From Candidatus Uhrbacteria bacterium (GTDB taxonomy: Bacteria > Patescibacteriota > Patescibacteriia > JACPHY01): 64,000 nt of DNA. The stretch is from positions 1,040 through 65,039 of the forward strand of contig JACPHY010000015.1 in NCBI GenBank assembly GCA_016188355.1. Direction: 5' to 3'. The notes under the pieces were generated by a model. The model saw only the letters and a program-made list of their open reading frames with translations, did no database searches and was not told the origin of the DNA. Positions 31,579 through 41,752 of the stretch are shown piece after piece (position 1 is the first letter of the stretch; each line of letters opens with the position of its first letter). Both the position numbers and the translations under genes were made by a program.

Positions 31579-32196
31579 ATGGATGCAAAAAAGCCAATAA
31601 ACCCCATGAAGCTCTACCTCGGGGGCATGATGGGGGGGCTCGTGATCGCGCTCATCGTCATCCTCGTGGTCAATTCTCAGAAGACGCCCCCACCCACCAC
31701 TCCTCCCTCTGCTGCTCCCCCATCTGCTTCCGCATATGCCGCATGGGTCGCATTACCGGAAGATGCGCCCGTACGCGCAAAGCTCCCCGCGCAAGCAGTA
31801 GTAGAAACAGAGGTCCTGCCCATCGGAGAAAATCGGACTGCCACGCAGCGCCGCTACATCGCTTCCGATACGAACGAGCAGGTCTATTTTGTCACTACCC
31901 TTGAATACCCAGCGCCCATGAATCTCGAACAGCCGGAACCCGTACTCCGCGCCGGCCTCGACGGCATGGTGCGTGCCGTGCCATCGAACACACTCAAGGA
32001 GACGCGCTTCGGCTCCTTCCAGGGAATGCCCGCGCTCGACTTCACCATTGATGATCCCGCGGGTGCGCTGACGCATCGCGGCAAACTTTTTGCGCGAGAC
32101 CGAACGTTCTATCAGGTATTCGTGACGCACAATGCGGATAAATTTGATGCAACCGCGTACGAGTACTTCCTCTCCTCATTTGCGGCGCAACCGTAG
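31579..32196 (+). CDS. membrane-anchored protein, PsbP/DcrB-like fold (inferred)
   Basis: TM plus Pro linker; FQGMPALDF...RTFYQVFV...YFLSSF. Confidence 0.75.
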   Translation: MDAKKPINPMKLYLGGMMGGLVIALIVILVVNSQKTPPPTTPPSAAPPSASAYAAWVALPEDAPVRAKLPAQAVVETEVLPIGENRTATQRRYIASDTNEQVYFVTTLEYPAPMNLEQPEPVLRAGLDGMVRAVPSNTLKETRFGSFQGMPALDFTIDDPAGALTHRGKLFARDRTFYQVFVTHNADKFDATAYEYFLSSFAAQP

Positions 32197-32205
32197 TGGA
32201 TCTCT

Positions 32206-35200
32206 ATGACACCTCACGCATCGGTACGTCGCTCGCTCGCGCGACACGCGCTCATCGCGCTCGCGATGGGAGCGCTCCTCGTTCCCGCGCCCACGCTCGC
32301 CGCAGAACGACTCCTCGCGCGACCCAGTTCGGAACTCATGGACACTCCTCAACGGAGGCCGCGCGTGTCCCCCGAAACGATCCTGCAACGACAAGCCGTC
32401 CAAGCGCTCCGTACGGTGTTTGCTCCGGAAATCAAACAGTACGCCGGACTTGATGCCTGGCTCACCGATCGCGCCCATCCACCACTCCCCCGTGCTATTG
32501 CCGATCTCCAGGCGATCCGCGCAACCAATCCGAGTGCCGGCCTCACCGAACTCACCGGGAACATCCGCGGCAATCGCAACGTGTATCTCCAGTACATGGG
32601 TATCCAGGCGTGGATCGATCAATACGCACCACCCATCATCACGAGCATCGCCCCCGATGCCGTGATCGCTGGCGATCGCGTCACGATCCGAGGAGATCGA
32701 TTTTCGGATATCAAGGGATTGCAATTTGGCACTCGACCACTTCCCACACAAGATTACATTGTCGTTTCGCCGCAAGAACTCATCGTGGAAATTCCGGAAA
32801 CGAATTCCCGATACGGTCCATATGCAATCGCATTCACGATCCGCACTGCCCACGGCACCACCACCTCTTCCAGCATCACCCAATGGACCGGCACATGCAC
32901 CGATGCACGCATCGGACGTGCATTCACCGAGCTCCTCAACACGAAACCCCGAGGCGACAAGACGCAAGGACAATGCGACCCCGCTCCGTACGGCGCGTAT
33001 ACGTCATATACGGATCTCCTCATCAAGGTAGCCCAACGACACGGATACACGAAACGCGATGCGCCCGTCATCACGGAAATCGCTCCCGGGGTAGGTAATC
33101 CTGGAGACCGCATCACCATTCGCGGTCGCAATCTCTACCAACTCACGGATGTCCTGTTCGGAAATCACCGCGCAGCATTCACCTCACTCTCCGCCGACGA
33201 AATTACCGCCACCGCACCCGGGGAAGGCGCCGGTGTTATCACCATCATCACTAAATCCGGATCCGCAAGCTCCCCACAAGCGTTCGCGTTCCATCCCATT
33301 CCCAAGATCACCGCTACCACGCCCGCGGAAGTCATGTTCACTGATCAACCGCTCACGTTATTCGGTGAACATCTCGGCGAGGACACTGCGAACACCGAAG
33401 TGCGCATTGGCAACGTGCGCTACCCCGTCGAAACCACGCGCGGTGCGGGTGAGGTGATCATCCGCCCGAACCAGCCGGCACAAAACGCCATCATCACGGT
33501 TCGGCGCAATGGCCGACAATCAGAATTCCGATCCGGCATCGACATTTGGACCGGCAAATGCCGCGATCCATGGATCACGCAAGCATTTCAGGACCTCTTT
33601 GGGCGTCCCCCATGGGGGCAGGACGATCTCGGCCAATGCGATTACCGAAAATATCGCAATGGCAAGTGGAATAATTACGAGGAGCTCAAATTCGGCGTAC
33701 GCCAAGTGTACGGATACGGCACCGGCGCCGCGCCCACGATCACCCGCGTCGACCCCCCATCACCCGTTGCAGGAACGCGTGTCACCATCCACGGAACGGG
33801 ATTCACCAATCTCCAGTCGGTTATTTTTGGGAGCAATGCCGCGCAGGATGTCGTACTGCAATCGAATACCGCGATTGCCGCCACCGTTCCCTACGGTGCC
33901 GGGAGTGGCGATGTGGTCGTGGGCACCCTCTTCGGGGTCGCACGTCTGGCCTATACCGTGCAATATCCCCCCGTCGTCAGTCGCATCGAGCCGGTGAATC
34001 CCCGACCAGGAACGACGATCACCCTCTTCGGCTCCCATCTCGACGTCGTGGATACGGTGATGATCGGATCCGCCACAAGCACGATCCGCGAGCAATCGAC
34101 AACCAAACTCGTCGTCGAGGTGCCGCGCGACCTTGCGGGCAAGCACCGCGTCACCGCGAAATCGCCGCGGGGAGACTCTGCATGGCCCGCAGACATTGAT
34201 ATTGCCGTCGTGAAAAACCTCCTCGGCGAGGAAGAATACTGCTTCCCGGGGGTCGGCAAACAATGCCTGGGAAGCGGCGACGAATGGGAATGGCATGGGC
34301 TCGGATCGCAAAAGATCCTCAAGCCCATCGGCTGCTCGAAGGAGGATACCATCACCCTTGATGGAGAAACGTTTGCTGCGCGGTCCTGTTGGGTGGTCCC
34401 TGGTAGCATCAAGCACGATAACTGCTGCCTGCAGCATCCTTCAGGAAAAAATTGCGGAGGACCAGGGAAGAATCCATTCAATAAGGACGAGCCGGATCGC
34501 GATTGGATCTCGGGCAAAGTGAATCCTGCAGGCGAATTCAACCACGACGGCACCTGCGTCCAGGAATGGGATGATGCATTCTGGGATGTGGCCTGGGGTC
34601 GCGCGTGGCCTGCCTTGTTCCGGTCACAAGTACCGGCAAATATCAGCCCCGCCCCCAGTCCACATAACCGGTACCCCAAGGGCGAAGTGGTTGATTCTGC
34701 ATCCGCGTGCGCTCCGGATGGCACCTATCTCACCGCGAAGCATGGCGCAGGATTCTGTTGCTCCGGGAAATTCGAGAAGGACACCGCATACTACGTGCTC
34801 GGCGTGGAGCCATGGGCACGATGCGGGAACGGTCTCGGGAGCATCGTGAAAAATTTGAAAGCAGATCTCGCGATCACGGGCCTGGACCTGAGCACCGCGC
34901 CGCCGTCACCGAACGATCTCCTCCAAACGACGCGCATGCCCACACCGTCCCCAATCACCACCAGTAATCCGCTCGCCACGGGCATCGTGGGCAATTTCAC
35001 GCAGCCCGTACCGGGACCAAGCGCCATCACCACCTCCAATCCCTTCTCGGTACCTGCAGGCCGATCGAGTCGAGGCGTCCAAGGAATCACCCCCGGTACC
35101 ATTGAGCAGGGCGGCGTCATCGCTCCTCCCGCACCCACCAGTCCCCCCACACCCATCCCGACGACGCTGGACGTAACCACCAAGTACTGCAATCCGGAGC

Positions 35201-36363
35201 TTCCGAAGTATTGGCAGCCAGGGTGCACGGAACGGCCAGCCAACGCGCCGCCGGAGGTCAAATACTGCGACCCTACTCTGCCCCGCATTTGGCAGCAGGG
35301 ATGCGTCGCGCGCGGCTCCGCTACGGATCCCGTACTGCAACCGACCACGCCAACACCCGCGCCCCCGGGACGCGAACTCACCCCCGCAAACACCACCGGG
35401 CCCGTACCCGCCGCACCGTCCACTCCGCCCATTCCCCCGCCGAGCGCTGCTGCCCCAAGCGTGCAGTACTGCGATCCCGAACTCCCGAAGTATTGGCAGC
35501 AGGGATGCGTCGAGCCGACCACGGCACCCACACCAATTCCCGCCGCACCCACTCCAGCCGCATCGCGCTGTGATCCGGCGGTGCCCATGTACATGCAGCG
35601 CGGCTGCACGGAGGCAACGCTGCCACCCGAGCAACGCATAACGCACGCCCCATCCTCGCCTTCGCTCGCCAGTAGGTTGCTCCAACCACTCGTTGCTGCG
35701 CTCCTCGCCCCCACTCCCATCACCGCCGCGGAGCCGCCCGCAATCACGCCCCCGGACCAAACAAAATCTACCGCGACCATCACCGTCGCACCCAAAACCG
35801 CACGTCCCGGTCGCCGACTCCTCGTGCAGGGAGAAGGATTCACACCGGAACTTCGCATCGCGGTAGCCATTGATGGCAAGTTCGAACCGGAAATTGAGGA
35901 GGAAACCGAGGAGGACGGATCATTCGATTGGGCCTACGTCATCCCGCGCACCATGGCCAATGGCCCACACGAATTGCTCGTAGTGGATCGCAATGGCGTC
36001 AAGGCGAGAACCAGCTTCACGGTCTTTGGCTCTGCCGTTCGCGCCCGACGAACACCACCGCCAACCACCAACCCATCGCCCAGCGTGCCGCCGACGATTT
36101 CCGTTCCCGTCGCCCCCGCCACGCCGACGGATCGCCGATGCGTGCCGCTCATTCCCCGCCTCTGGCAGCCCGGATGCATCGAAGAATCGGCGCCATCTGC
36201 ACCGCTCCCCTTTGCGGGGAAGTCATGCGACATGAATATTCCGATCACGTTCCAACCCGGCTGCATCGAACCGGAACGCCCGCTCCCCGCACTCTCGGAT
36301 ATGACCGGAAAACCATGCGATCCCCGCGTACCCAAATACACCCAGCGCGGATGCGTGGAGTAG
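32206..36363 (+). CDS. giant secreted IPT/TIG-domain protein with Cys-rich domain and Cys-loop repeats (1385 aa)
   Basis: Five IPT starts (PIITSIAP, PVITEIAP, PKITATTP, PTITRVDP, PVVSRIEP); seven C-x11-C loops. Confidence 0.92.
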   Translation: MTPHASVRRSLARHALIALAMGALLVPAPTLAAERLLARPSSELMDTPQRRPRVSPETILQRQAVQALRTVFAPEIKQYAGLDAWLTDRAHPPLPRAIADLQAIRATNPSAGLTELTGNIRGNRNVYLQYMGIQAWIDQYAPPIITSIAPDAVIAGDRVTIRGDRFSDIKGLQFGTRPLPTQDYIVVSPQELIVEIPETNSRYGPYAIAFTIRTAHGTTTSSSITQWTGTCTDARIGRAFTELLNTKPRGDKTQGQCDPAPYGAYTSYTDLLIKVAQRHGYTKRDAPVITEIAPGVGNPGDRITIRGRNLYQLTDVLFGNHRAAFTSLSADEITATAPGEGAGVITIITKSGSASSPQAFAFHPIPKITATTPAEVMFTDQPLTLFGEHLGEDTANTEVRIGNVRYPVETTRGAGEVIIRPNQPAQNAIITVRRNGRQSEFRSGIDIWTGKCRDPWITQAFQDLFGRPPWGQDDLGQCDYRKYRNGKWNNYEELKFGVRQVYGYGTGAAPTITRVDPPSPVAGTRVTIHGTGFTNLQSVIFGSNAAQDVVLQSNTAIAATVPYGAGSGDVVVGTLFGVARLAYTVQYPPVVSRIEPVNPRPGTTITLFGSHLDVVDTVMIGSATSTIREQSTTKLVVEVPRDLAGKHRVTAKSPRGDSAWPADIDIAVVKNLLGEEEYCFPGVGKQCLGSGDEWEWHGLGSQKILKPIGCSKEDTITLDGETFAARSCWVVPGSIKHDNCCLQHPSGKNCGGPGKNPFNKDEPDRDWISGKVNPAGEFNHDGTCVQEWDDAFWDVAWGRAWPALFRSQVPANISPAPSPHNRYPKGEVVDSASACAPDGTYLTAKHGAGFCCSGKFEKDTAYYVLGVEPWARCGNGLGSIVKNLKADLAITGLDLSTAPPSPNDLLQTTRMPTPSPITTSNPLATGIVGNFTQPVPGPSAITTSNPFSVPAGRSSRGVQGITPGTIEQGGVIAPPAPTSPPTPIPTTLDVTTKYCNPELPKYWQPGCTERPANAPPEVKYCDPTLPRIWQQGCVARGSATDPVLQPTTPTPAPPGRELTPANTTGPVPAAPSTPPIPPPSAAAPSVQYCDPELPKYWQQGCVEPTTAPTPIPAAPTPAASRCDPAVPMYMQRGCTEATLPPEQRITHAPSSPSLASRLLQPLVAALLAPTPITAAEPPAITPPDQTKSTATITVAPKTARPGRRLLVQGEGFTPELRIAVAIDGKFEPEIEEETEEDGSFDWAYVIPRTMANGPHELLVVDRNGVKARTSFTVFGSAVRARRTPPPTTNPSPSVPPTISVPVAPATPTDRRCVPLIPRLWQPGCIEESAPSAPLPFAGKSCDMNIPITFQPGCIEPERPLPALSDMTGKPCDPRVPKYTQRGCVE

Positions 36364-36370
36364 ATGCAAC

Positions 36371-36399
36371 AAACCGGCCTCCCTTCGGAGGCCGGTTTT
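36371..36399 (+). terminator. intrinsic terminator
   Basis: AAACCGGCCTCC-cttc-GGAGGCCGGTTTT. Confidence 0.85.
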
Positions 36400-36510
36400 C
36401 CGTTGCGCTGCATTGCTCCCATTGGCAACCAAACTGCAGGCCATGATCCCGGAAGATGACGGCGACCGAGTTCTTGCTATCATGCTACCGCACTGACACC
36501 GACTCGGCGT

Positions 36511-37674
36511 ATGCGCCTTGCGCTCGTCCACGACCATCTCAATCAAATCGGCGGCGCGGAACGAGTCCTCCTCACGCTCACGGACGTGTACCCGAAAGCG
36601 CCGATCTACACCCTGCTCTACGATCCGCACGCGATCGCGGATTTCTTCCGTGGGTGCGATATTCGTACCTCCTTCATCGAACGTCTCCCGGGAGGACGGC
36701 GTTGGTTCAAATGGTTCCTCCCCCTCATGCCCACGGCATTCGAGACCTTTGATCTGACCCGGTACGATGTCATCCTCTCCTCATCTTCCGCGCTCTCCAA
36801 AGGGGTCATTGCACACCCCCACCAGCTCCACATTTGCTACTGCCACACGCCCACGCGGTATCTCTGGAGCGATACACACGAGTACCTGGAGAAGCTGCCC
36901 CAACGCGGCACGGCACGACTCCTCCTCCCCATGCTCCTCACCCGGCTGCGGATGTGGGATTACCAATCCGCGCAACGAGTGGATCGCTTCATCGCGAACT
37001 CGCGCTGGGTCGCTGGACGCATCCGAAAATACTATGGGCGCCCCGCGGATGTGATCTATCCACCCGTTGATACCCGATACTTCGTTCCGAGTAGCGGTGA
37101 AGGCGGATACTACTGCATCGTCTCCCGCTTACGGCCGTACAAGAAAGTCGATATTGCCATTGCCGCATGCAATCGACTCCAGTTGCCCTTGGTCATTGCA
37201 GGAAGCGGCGAAGACGAAGCACGACTCCGCGCCATGGCAGGGCCCACCATCGCGTTCCGCGGACAGGTGAGCGAGCGCGAAAAACGCGACCTCCTCCAAA
37301 ACGCGCTCGCCTTCATTCATCCGCAGGAGGAGGATTTTGGCATCACGGCGGTTGAAGCGATGGCCGCAGGACGCCCGGTGATCGCGTTCCGCCGCGGCGG
37401 TGCAATGGAAACCATCATCGAAAACGAAACGGGCATCTTTTTCGATGAGCAGTCCTGGGAAGGTCTCGCCGACGCCCTCCTCCGCTTCCGCGGCCACGCA
37501 CGTCACTGGGATCCGAAACACATTCACCGCCACGCCGAGCAATTCGACACGAGCGTGTTCCGGGATAAAATTACCCAATACGTGCGCAATGCGCGGAAGG
37601 AATTCCAAGACACCACCGCCGCCACTCCGCCCGCAGCTCCATCCGCCTCATCCCCACAAGCAACGGGAAATTGA
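36511..37674 (+). CDS. glycosyltransferase family 4
   Basis: LVHDHL..GGAERV, YCHTPTRY, EEDFGITAVEAMAAGRPV. Confidence 0.95.
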   Translation: MRLALVHDHLNQIGGAERVLLTLTDVYPKAPIYTLLYDPHAIADFFRGCDIRTSFIERLPGGRRWFKWFLPLMPTAFETFDLTRYDVILSSSSALSKGVIAHPHQLHICYCHTPTRYLWSDTHEYLEKLPQRGTARLLLPMLLTRLRMWDYQSAQRVDRFIANSRWVAGRIRKYYGRPADVIYPPVDTRYFVPSSGEGGYYCIVSRLRPYKKVDIAIAACNRLQLPLVIAGSGEDEARLRAMAGPTIAFRGQVSEREKRDLLQNALAFIHPQEEDFGITAVEAMAAGRPVIAFRRGGAMETIIENETGIFFDEQSWEGLADALLRFRGHARHWDPKHIHRHAEQFDTSVFRDKITQYVRNARKEFQDTTAATPPAAPSASSPQATGN

Positions 37675-37709
37675 CATCCCGCGTACACCGATCGATACTG
37701 TGCGTACGT

Positions 37710-38120
37710 ATGATGGACGCGGAAACAAAAAAATTCATCGAGGAGCAGACCGAGATCATCCTCCGCGTCACGAAGGAGGGATTTGATGCTGTGGATGAAC
37801 GATTTCGAGGAGTCGACGGTCGACTCGATGGCATCGATCATCGACTCGATGCGCTGGACCTCCGCTTGCAAACTATCGAATCCGATATTGCGGACCTCAA
37901 ACAACGCATGTCACGGGTAGAGCAAGAGGTAATCACCCTCGGCGCGCAAATGGTCACGAAGCAGTACCTCGATGCAAAAATTGATGCACTCCTCTCGCAG
38001 CCGCCCATCAACAAAGTCGACGGCGTCCGAAAGGCGGTGCTTGCCGTGCTCCTCCACCTCGAACGCGCGAAGCTCTTACCGAGCGAAGAACGCGCGACAC
38101 TCGAAATGCTCCTCATGTGA
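37710..38120 (+). CDS. small coiled-coil heptad-repeat protein
   Basis: FDAVDERFRGVDGRLDGIDHRLDALD; TTGACA-17-GATACT promoter at 37671-37699. Confidence 0.8.
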   Translation: MMDAETKKFIEEQTEIILRVTKEGFDAVDERFRGVDGRLDGIDHRLDALDLRLQTIESDIADLKQRMSRVEQEVITLGAQMVTKQYLDAKIDALLSQPPINKVDGVRKAVLAVLLHLERAKLLPSEERATLEMLLM

Positions 38121-39241
38121 GTCGCATTCTCTTTGATGGTCGGAGTCTCCAATCGCCCCCGCCCCGCGGGGGCGTCGGTGTCGTGGCGGAGCAGCTCCTG
38201 CAGCATCTCCTCGCCGGAGACACCGCGAACGAGTATCTCCTCTTCGTCAACGGCATGGGGAATTTCGCTGGACATCTTCCCGTCCTCACCGCTCCGCATG
38301 CGCGCTGGATGCGGACGTACTGGCCCAACAAATGCTGGAACGCCGCCGCAAGGTGCGGATTGCCGGTCCTGCGCCCTCCGGAGGTCGATGTCGTGTTCCT
38401 CCCGAACCTCAATTTCCTTCCCCCACTCCACCGGTGCACCAAGCTCGTGGTCATGGTCCACGACCTGAGTTTTGTCCATTTCCCTGATTGCTTCACCCCA
38501 AAGCAACGCCTCTGGCATCACGCGATACGACCGCGCACCCTCCTCCAGCGCGCCAACGCCATTGTTGCGGTTTCTCACACGACTGCGCGGGATATTGTGG
38601 ATACGTACGGCATCCCCACATCGCGCGTCCACGTGATTCCTCCCGGCATCACCCATTGCGCACCCACAGAATCACCCCACGCACTCCGTTCGCGATATGC
38701 GCTACCCGTGAAATTCATCCTTACGCTTTCCGCATGGGAGCCACGAAAAAATTTGGACGGCCTCATTGCGGCATTCGAACAATGCGCCACGCACCCCGAA
38801 CTCCAGGATACGCATTTGATCATTGCGGGCATTCCAGGCAGCGCGACCCGCACCATACGTCGCCTCGCCGATCATTCCGCGATGCGCAATCGTATCCGTT
38901 TCCTCTCCGCGATTCCGGACCACGAAAAGCACGCGCTCTATGCGCTTGCCACTTGCTTCGCCTATCCCAGCATCTGGGAGGGATTCGGCATCCCCCCCCT
39001 CGAAGCCATGGCCGCCGGAACGCCGGTCGTCGCGTCCACTGGCGGATCGCTTCCGGAAATCCTCGGCAATGCCGCACTCCTCGTAGATCCGCTCGACCCC
39101 GGCGCCATTGCGCGCGCAATCGTGCATGCATGCACCGACCACCATCTCCGTGCGGAGATCATCGCACAGGGTCGCGCACGCGCACAGCGCTATTCCTGGA
39201 TCACCGCTGCTCAACAACTCCACCACCTCCTCATCGCATGA
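38117..39241 (+). CDS. glycosyltransferase family 4
   Basis: [34 protein letters not shown]. Confidence 0.95.
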   Translation: MSRILFDGRSLQSPPPRGGVGVVAEQLLQHLLAGDTANEYLLFVNGMGNFAGHLPVLTAPHARWMRTYWPNKCWNAAARCGLPVLRPPEVDVVFLPNLNFLPPLHRCTKLVVMVHDLSFVHFPDCFTPKQRLWHHAIRPRTLLQRANAIVAVSHTTARDIVDTYGIPTSRVHVIPPGITHCAPTESPHALRSRYALPVKFILTLSAWEPRKNLDGLIAAFEQCATHPELQDTHLIIAGIPGSATRTIRRLADHSAMRNRIRFLSAIPDHEKHALYALATCFAYPSIWEGFGIPPLEAMAAGTPVVASTGGSLPEILGNAALLVDPLDPGAIARAIVHACTDHHLRAEIIAQGRARAQRYSWITAAQQLHHLLIA

Positions 39242-39243
39242 AA

Positions 39244-39269
39244 AGTGCCGACCCGCATGGGTCGGCACT
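39244..39269. terminator. hairpin between convergent genes
   Basis: AGTGCCGACCC-gcat-GGGTCGGCACT. Confidence 0.7.
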
Positions 39270-39401
39270 GCACGCTACTGCGTTTCGTAATGGAGAAGCA
39301 GGCCGACGACCACCAGATTTCCGGTTCCGCCACTAAATCCGGTAACGATCGCCATCGCCATGACGCACTCTGCCCAGTTTCACATCAACGCTTCTCTTTT
39401 C

Positions 39402-39938
39402 TCATGGAACCGGATCGATGACCAACTTCGTTCCGTCCGAGGCCCAATGATACCGATGCGCTCGTCCATGGTCGTACTGTTGCAGGGTCGCGCCAGCGGT
39501 CAGTGCAGGCGACTCGAGCAGTATGGGAGCGATCGCCGCGGCCAGCACCTGCGCGAGATCGGGACTGTCTCCGATGCCGTGCTGCCGCATCCACTGCGGA
39601 TCCTCGATGCAGGCGTGCGCCAGCGCAGCGAGCGCATGCACGTCGAAGGAAACCGAGTCCTGCGATGCGGCCTCCAAGAGCGCCCGAACCACCACCACAA
39701 CCGCGCTCTGGATGATGGGCTGGAATGTGCGTTGCCGGATTTGCTCCTCATCTGCTTCGGAGAGCGGCAACGCCTTGGCGGGATCGAGTCCGATCCTCCG
39801 GCAAAAATCTTCCATCCATTGATCCGAACACGACTGCGCCGCCTTCATGCCGGGAAGCTGCGCAATCGCATCCTTCGTCCGCGCGAACATCTCCGCAGAT
39901 AACTGATCCAGTACCGCCTGGGAAGCATTGCTCGACAT
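39402..39938 (-). CDS. hypothetical protein
   Basis: GGAGG RBS before ATG 39938. Confidence 0.7.
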   Translation of the reverse strand: MSSNASQAVLDQLSAEMFARTKDAIAQLPGMKAAQSCSDQWMEDFCRRIGLDPAKALPLSEADEEQIRQRTFQPIIQSAVVVVVRALLEAASQDSVSFDVHALAALAHACIEDPQWMRQHGIGDSPDLAQVLAAAIAPILLESPALTAGATLQQYDHGRAHRYHWASDGTKLVIDPVP

Positions 39939-40007
39939 GGCCACCTCCAAACGCAGCAACACTGCTACCCGGACGGTAGCAGTGCTGTGCGCACTTGTCA
40001 ATCTCCA

Positions 40008-40724
40008 TCACTTCGGAAACAGCTCCCTCCGGAACGCATGATCTTTTCGCATGTGGTGGCGTTCATGGTATGCCTCCGTCACGGTGCACACTTCGGCGAC
40101 GGTCGGCTCCACAGCGAGATGTGCGAGGCCGCGCTCGAACTGCCGAACGACTTCGTGAATTTCTCGATGCGCCCCATCATCATGCGCAATGCGATCTGCG
40201 AGCCGCCGGAGGTTCGCGAGATGCTGTTCGATTTCATGCTGGATGGCCGCATACACGCGAACACGCTGCTGGTACTCCGTGGCATCCGCAACAATCGCGG
40301 CACGCACATGCGTCTCCGCCTCGCGACGCGCCTCTGCGAGCACCGCACAGAGCGCGCCCAGTTCGGCAGTCGTAAATCGACCCCCGATGCGACTCGTGTC
40401 ATGCAGCAGGAGGATCGATCCGCCATCCGCACGAAATCCAGCGTACTTCTCTCGCAATTTGCGATCCAATTTGGCAACAAAGCGATCAAAATCATGCGCC
40501 TCCAGGTGCTCACGCACGAGTGCCTCGAGCGCCTTCCGATACGGCCAGAGTATTTTCCCGTACGCCACCAGTACCTCCTCCAGTTCCGCCGTGTGGCTCG
40601 GTGGCATGCGGAGCAATCGCTCGTACGCCGCACGCGCCGCGCGAATGGTCGGTTCCGGGGTAAACGGTGGCGCAGCAGTGGCAATCGACTTGAGGAGCGC
40701 CATGGAATGCGGGTAGGGGTGCAT
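40008..40724 (-). CDS. hypothetical helical protein
   Basis: 238-aa ORF collinear with GT2. Confidence 0.75.
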   Translation of the reverse strand: MHPYPHSMALLKSIATAAPPFTPEPTIRAARAAYERLLRMPPSHTAELEEVLVAYGKILWPYRKALEALVREHLEAHDFDRFVAKLDRKLREKYAGFRADGGSILLLHDTSRIGGRFTTAELGALCAVLAEARREAETHVRAAIVADATEYQQRVRVYAAIQHEIEQHLANLRRLADRIAHDDGAHREIHEVVRQFERGLAHLAVEPTVAEVCTVTEAYHERHHMRKDHAFRRELFPK

Positions 40725-40749
40725 ACGATATCACCATGATATCACGCAC

Positions 40750-41670
40750 TCACCACATCCACACCCGATGCCGTATCGCTGCTCGCCAGATATGCCATCG
40801 GCGACGCAACAGATAGCACGGCCATTTCGCAAAGAACAGCACGGGATCGCGCCCACCGTGCGTCACGTAGCGGACGATCAGGAGCGGGAGCAGGAATGGA
40901 AATCCGAGCAGCGGGAGATAATCCTCCGCGTTGACGACGTGCCGCCATCGGATCGGCGGACGGAACTCCGATGTAAAGATTTCGTTTCCATACCGCGCAG
41001 CGAGGAGCGGCCATACGCTCGCATTGCGCGACTGCGCTGCGAGCGTTGCGGGAGTCCAGAACGATTCCGCATGGATCGCGACCGCACCCGATGCAGGAAC
41101 CAGCCGTCCCACACGAGCCAATCGATAGGCGATCTCCGTGTCTTCGTTGTGATACCGACCAAATTGCGAATCGAATCCACCAACGGCACGGAGCGCCGCC
41201 GCGCGATAGGCGATACACCCCGCGCCCGGCCACGTCGGGCCGAGGTTCTGGACGATGCGTTCGGGAAATCGACCCCGATACCCCGGGGCACGGTAGATCA
41301 CTGAACCGTACGCAGCCACAACCTCCGGATCCCCGCAGGATGCGACGAGCGCAGCGAGCCAGCCCGACTGCACCACGCAATCATCATCGGTAAACGCAAG
41401 CACCTCGCCCTGGGCCTGCGCGAGCGCCGAGTTCCGCGCTGCGCTGACTCCCTGATTTTGTGCATGGCGTACGACGTGCAGCTTTGGGTGCATGCGTTGC
41501 AATTCCTGGCAATATGCTGCAGTGTCGTCCGTCGAACCGTCATCAATCACCAGGAACTCGTTCGCTCCTGCCGCATGCCGCAAAATCGACGCCAAGCACT
41601 GTTCAAGCAATGCGCGCCGATTATACGTACAGATGGCGACGGTGACCGTCATAGGAACACATGGAACCAT
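40750..41670 (-). CDS. glycosyltransferase family 2
   Basis: VAICTYNR, IDDGSTD, NQGVSAARN, FTDDD, GGFD, EDTEI. Confidence 0.95.
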   Translation of the reverse strand: MVPCVPMTVTVAICTYNRRALLEQCLASILRHAAGANEFLVIDDGSTDDTAAYCQELQRMHPKLHVVRHAQNQGVSAARNSALAQAQGEVLAFTDDDCVVQSGWLAALVASCGDPEVVAAYGSVIYRAPGYRGRFPERIVQNLGPTWPGAGCIAYRAAALRAVGGFDSQFGRYHNEDTEIAYRLARVGRLVPASGAVAIHAESFWTPATLAAQSRNASVWPLLAARYGNEIFTSEFRPPIRWRHVVNAEDYLPLLGFPFLLPLLIVRYVTHGGRDPVLFFAKWPCYLLRRRWHIWRAAIRHRVWMW

Positions 41671-41752
41671 TGCTGCGCTTCTATCGTATCCCCTTTCGTA
41701 GGAAGCACACGGATATTTCGTTCGTCATTTCGACCACGGTGAGCACTACTCT

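Noticed and set aside
30052..36354. Cys loops as DGR variable repeats or RiPP cores
   Set aside because: No reverse transcriptase, template repeat or modifying enzyme in the window; differences between copies do not appear adenine-restricted
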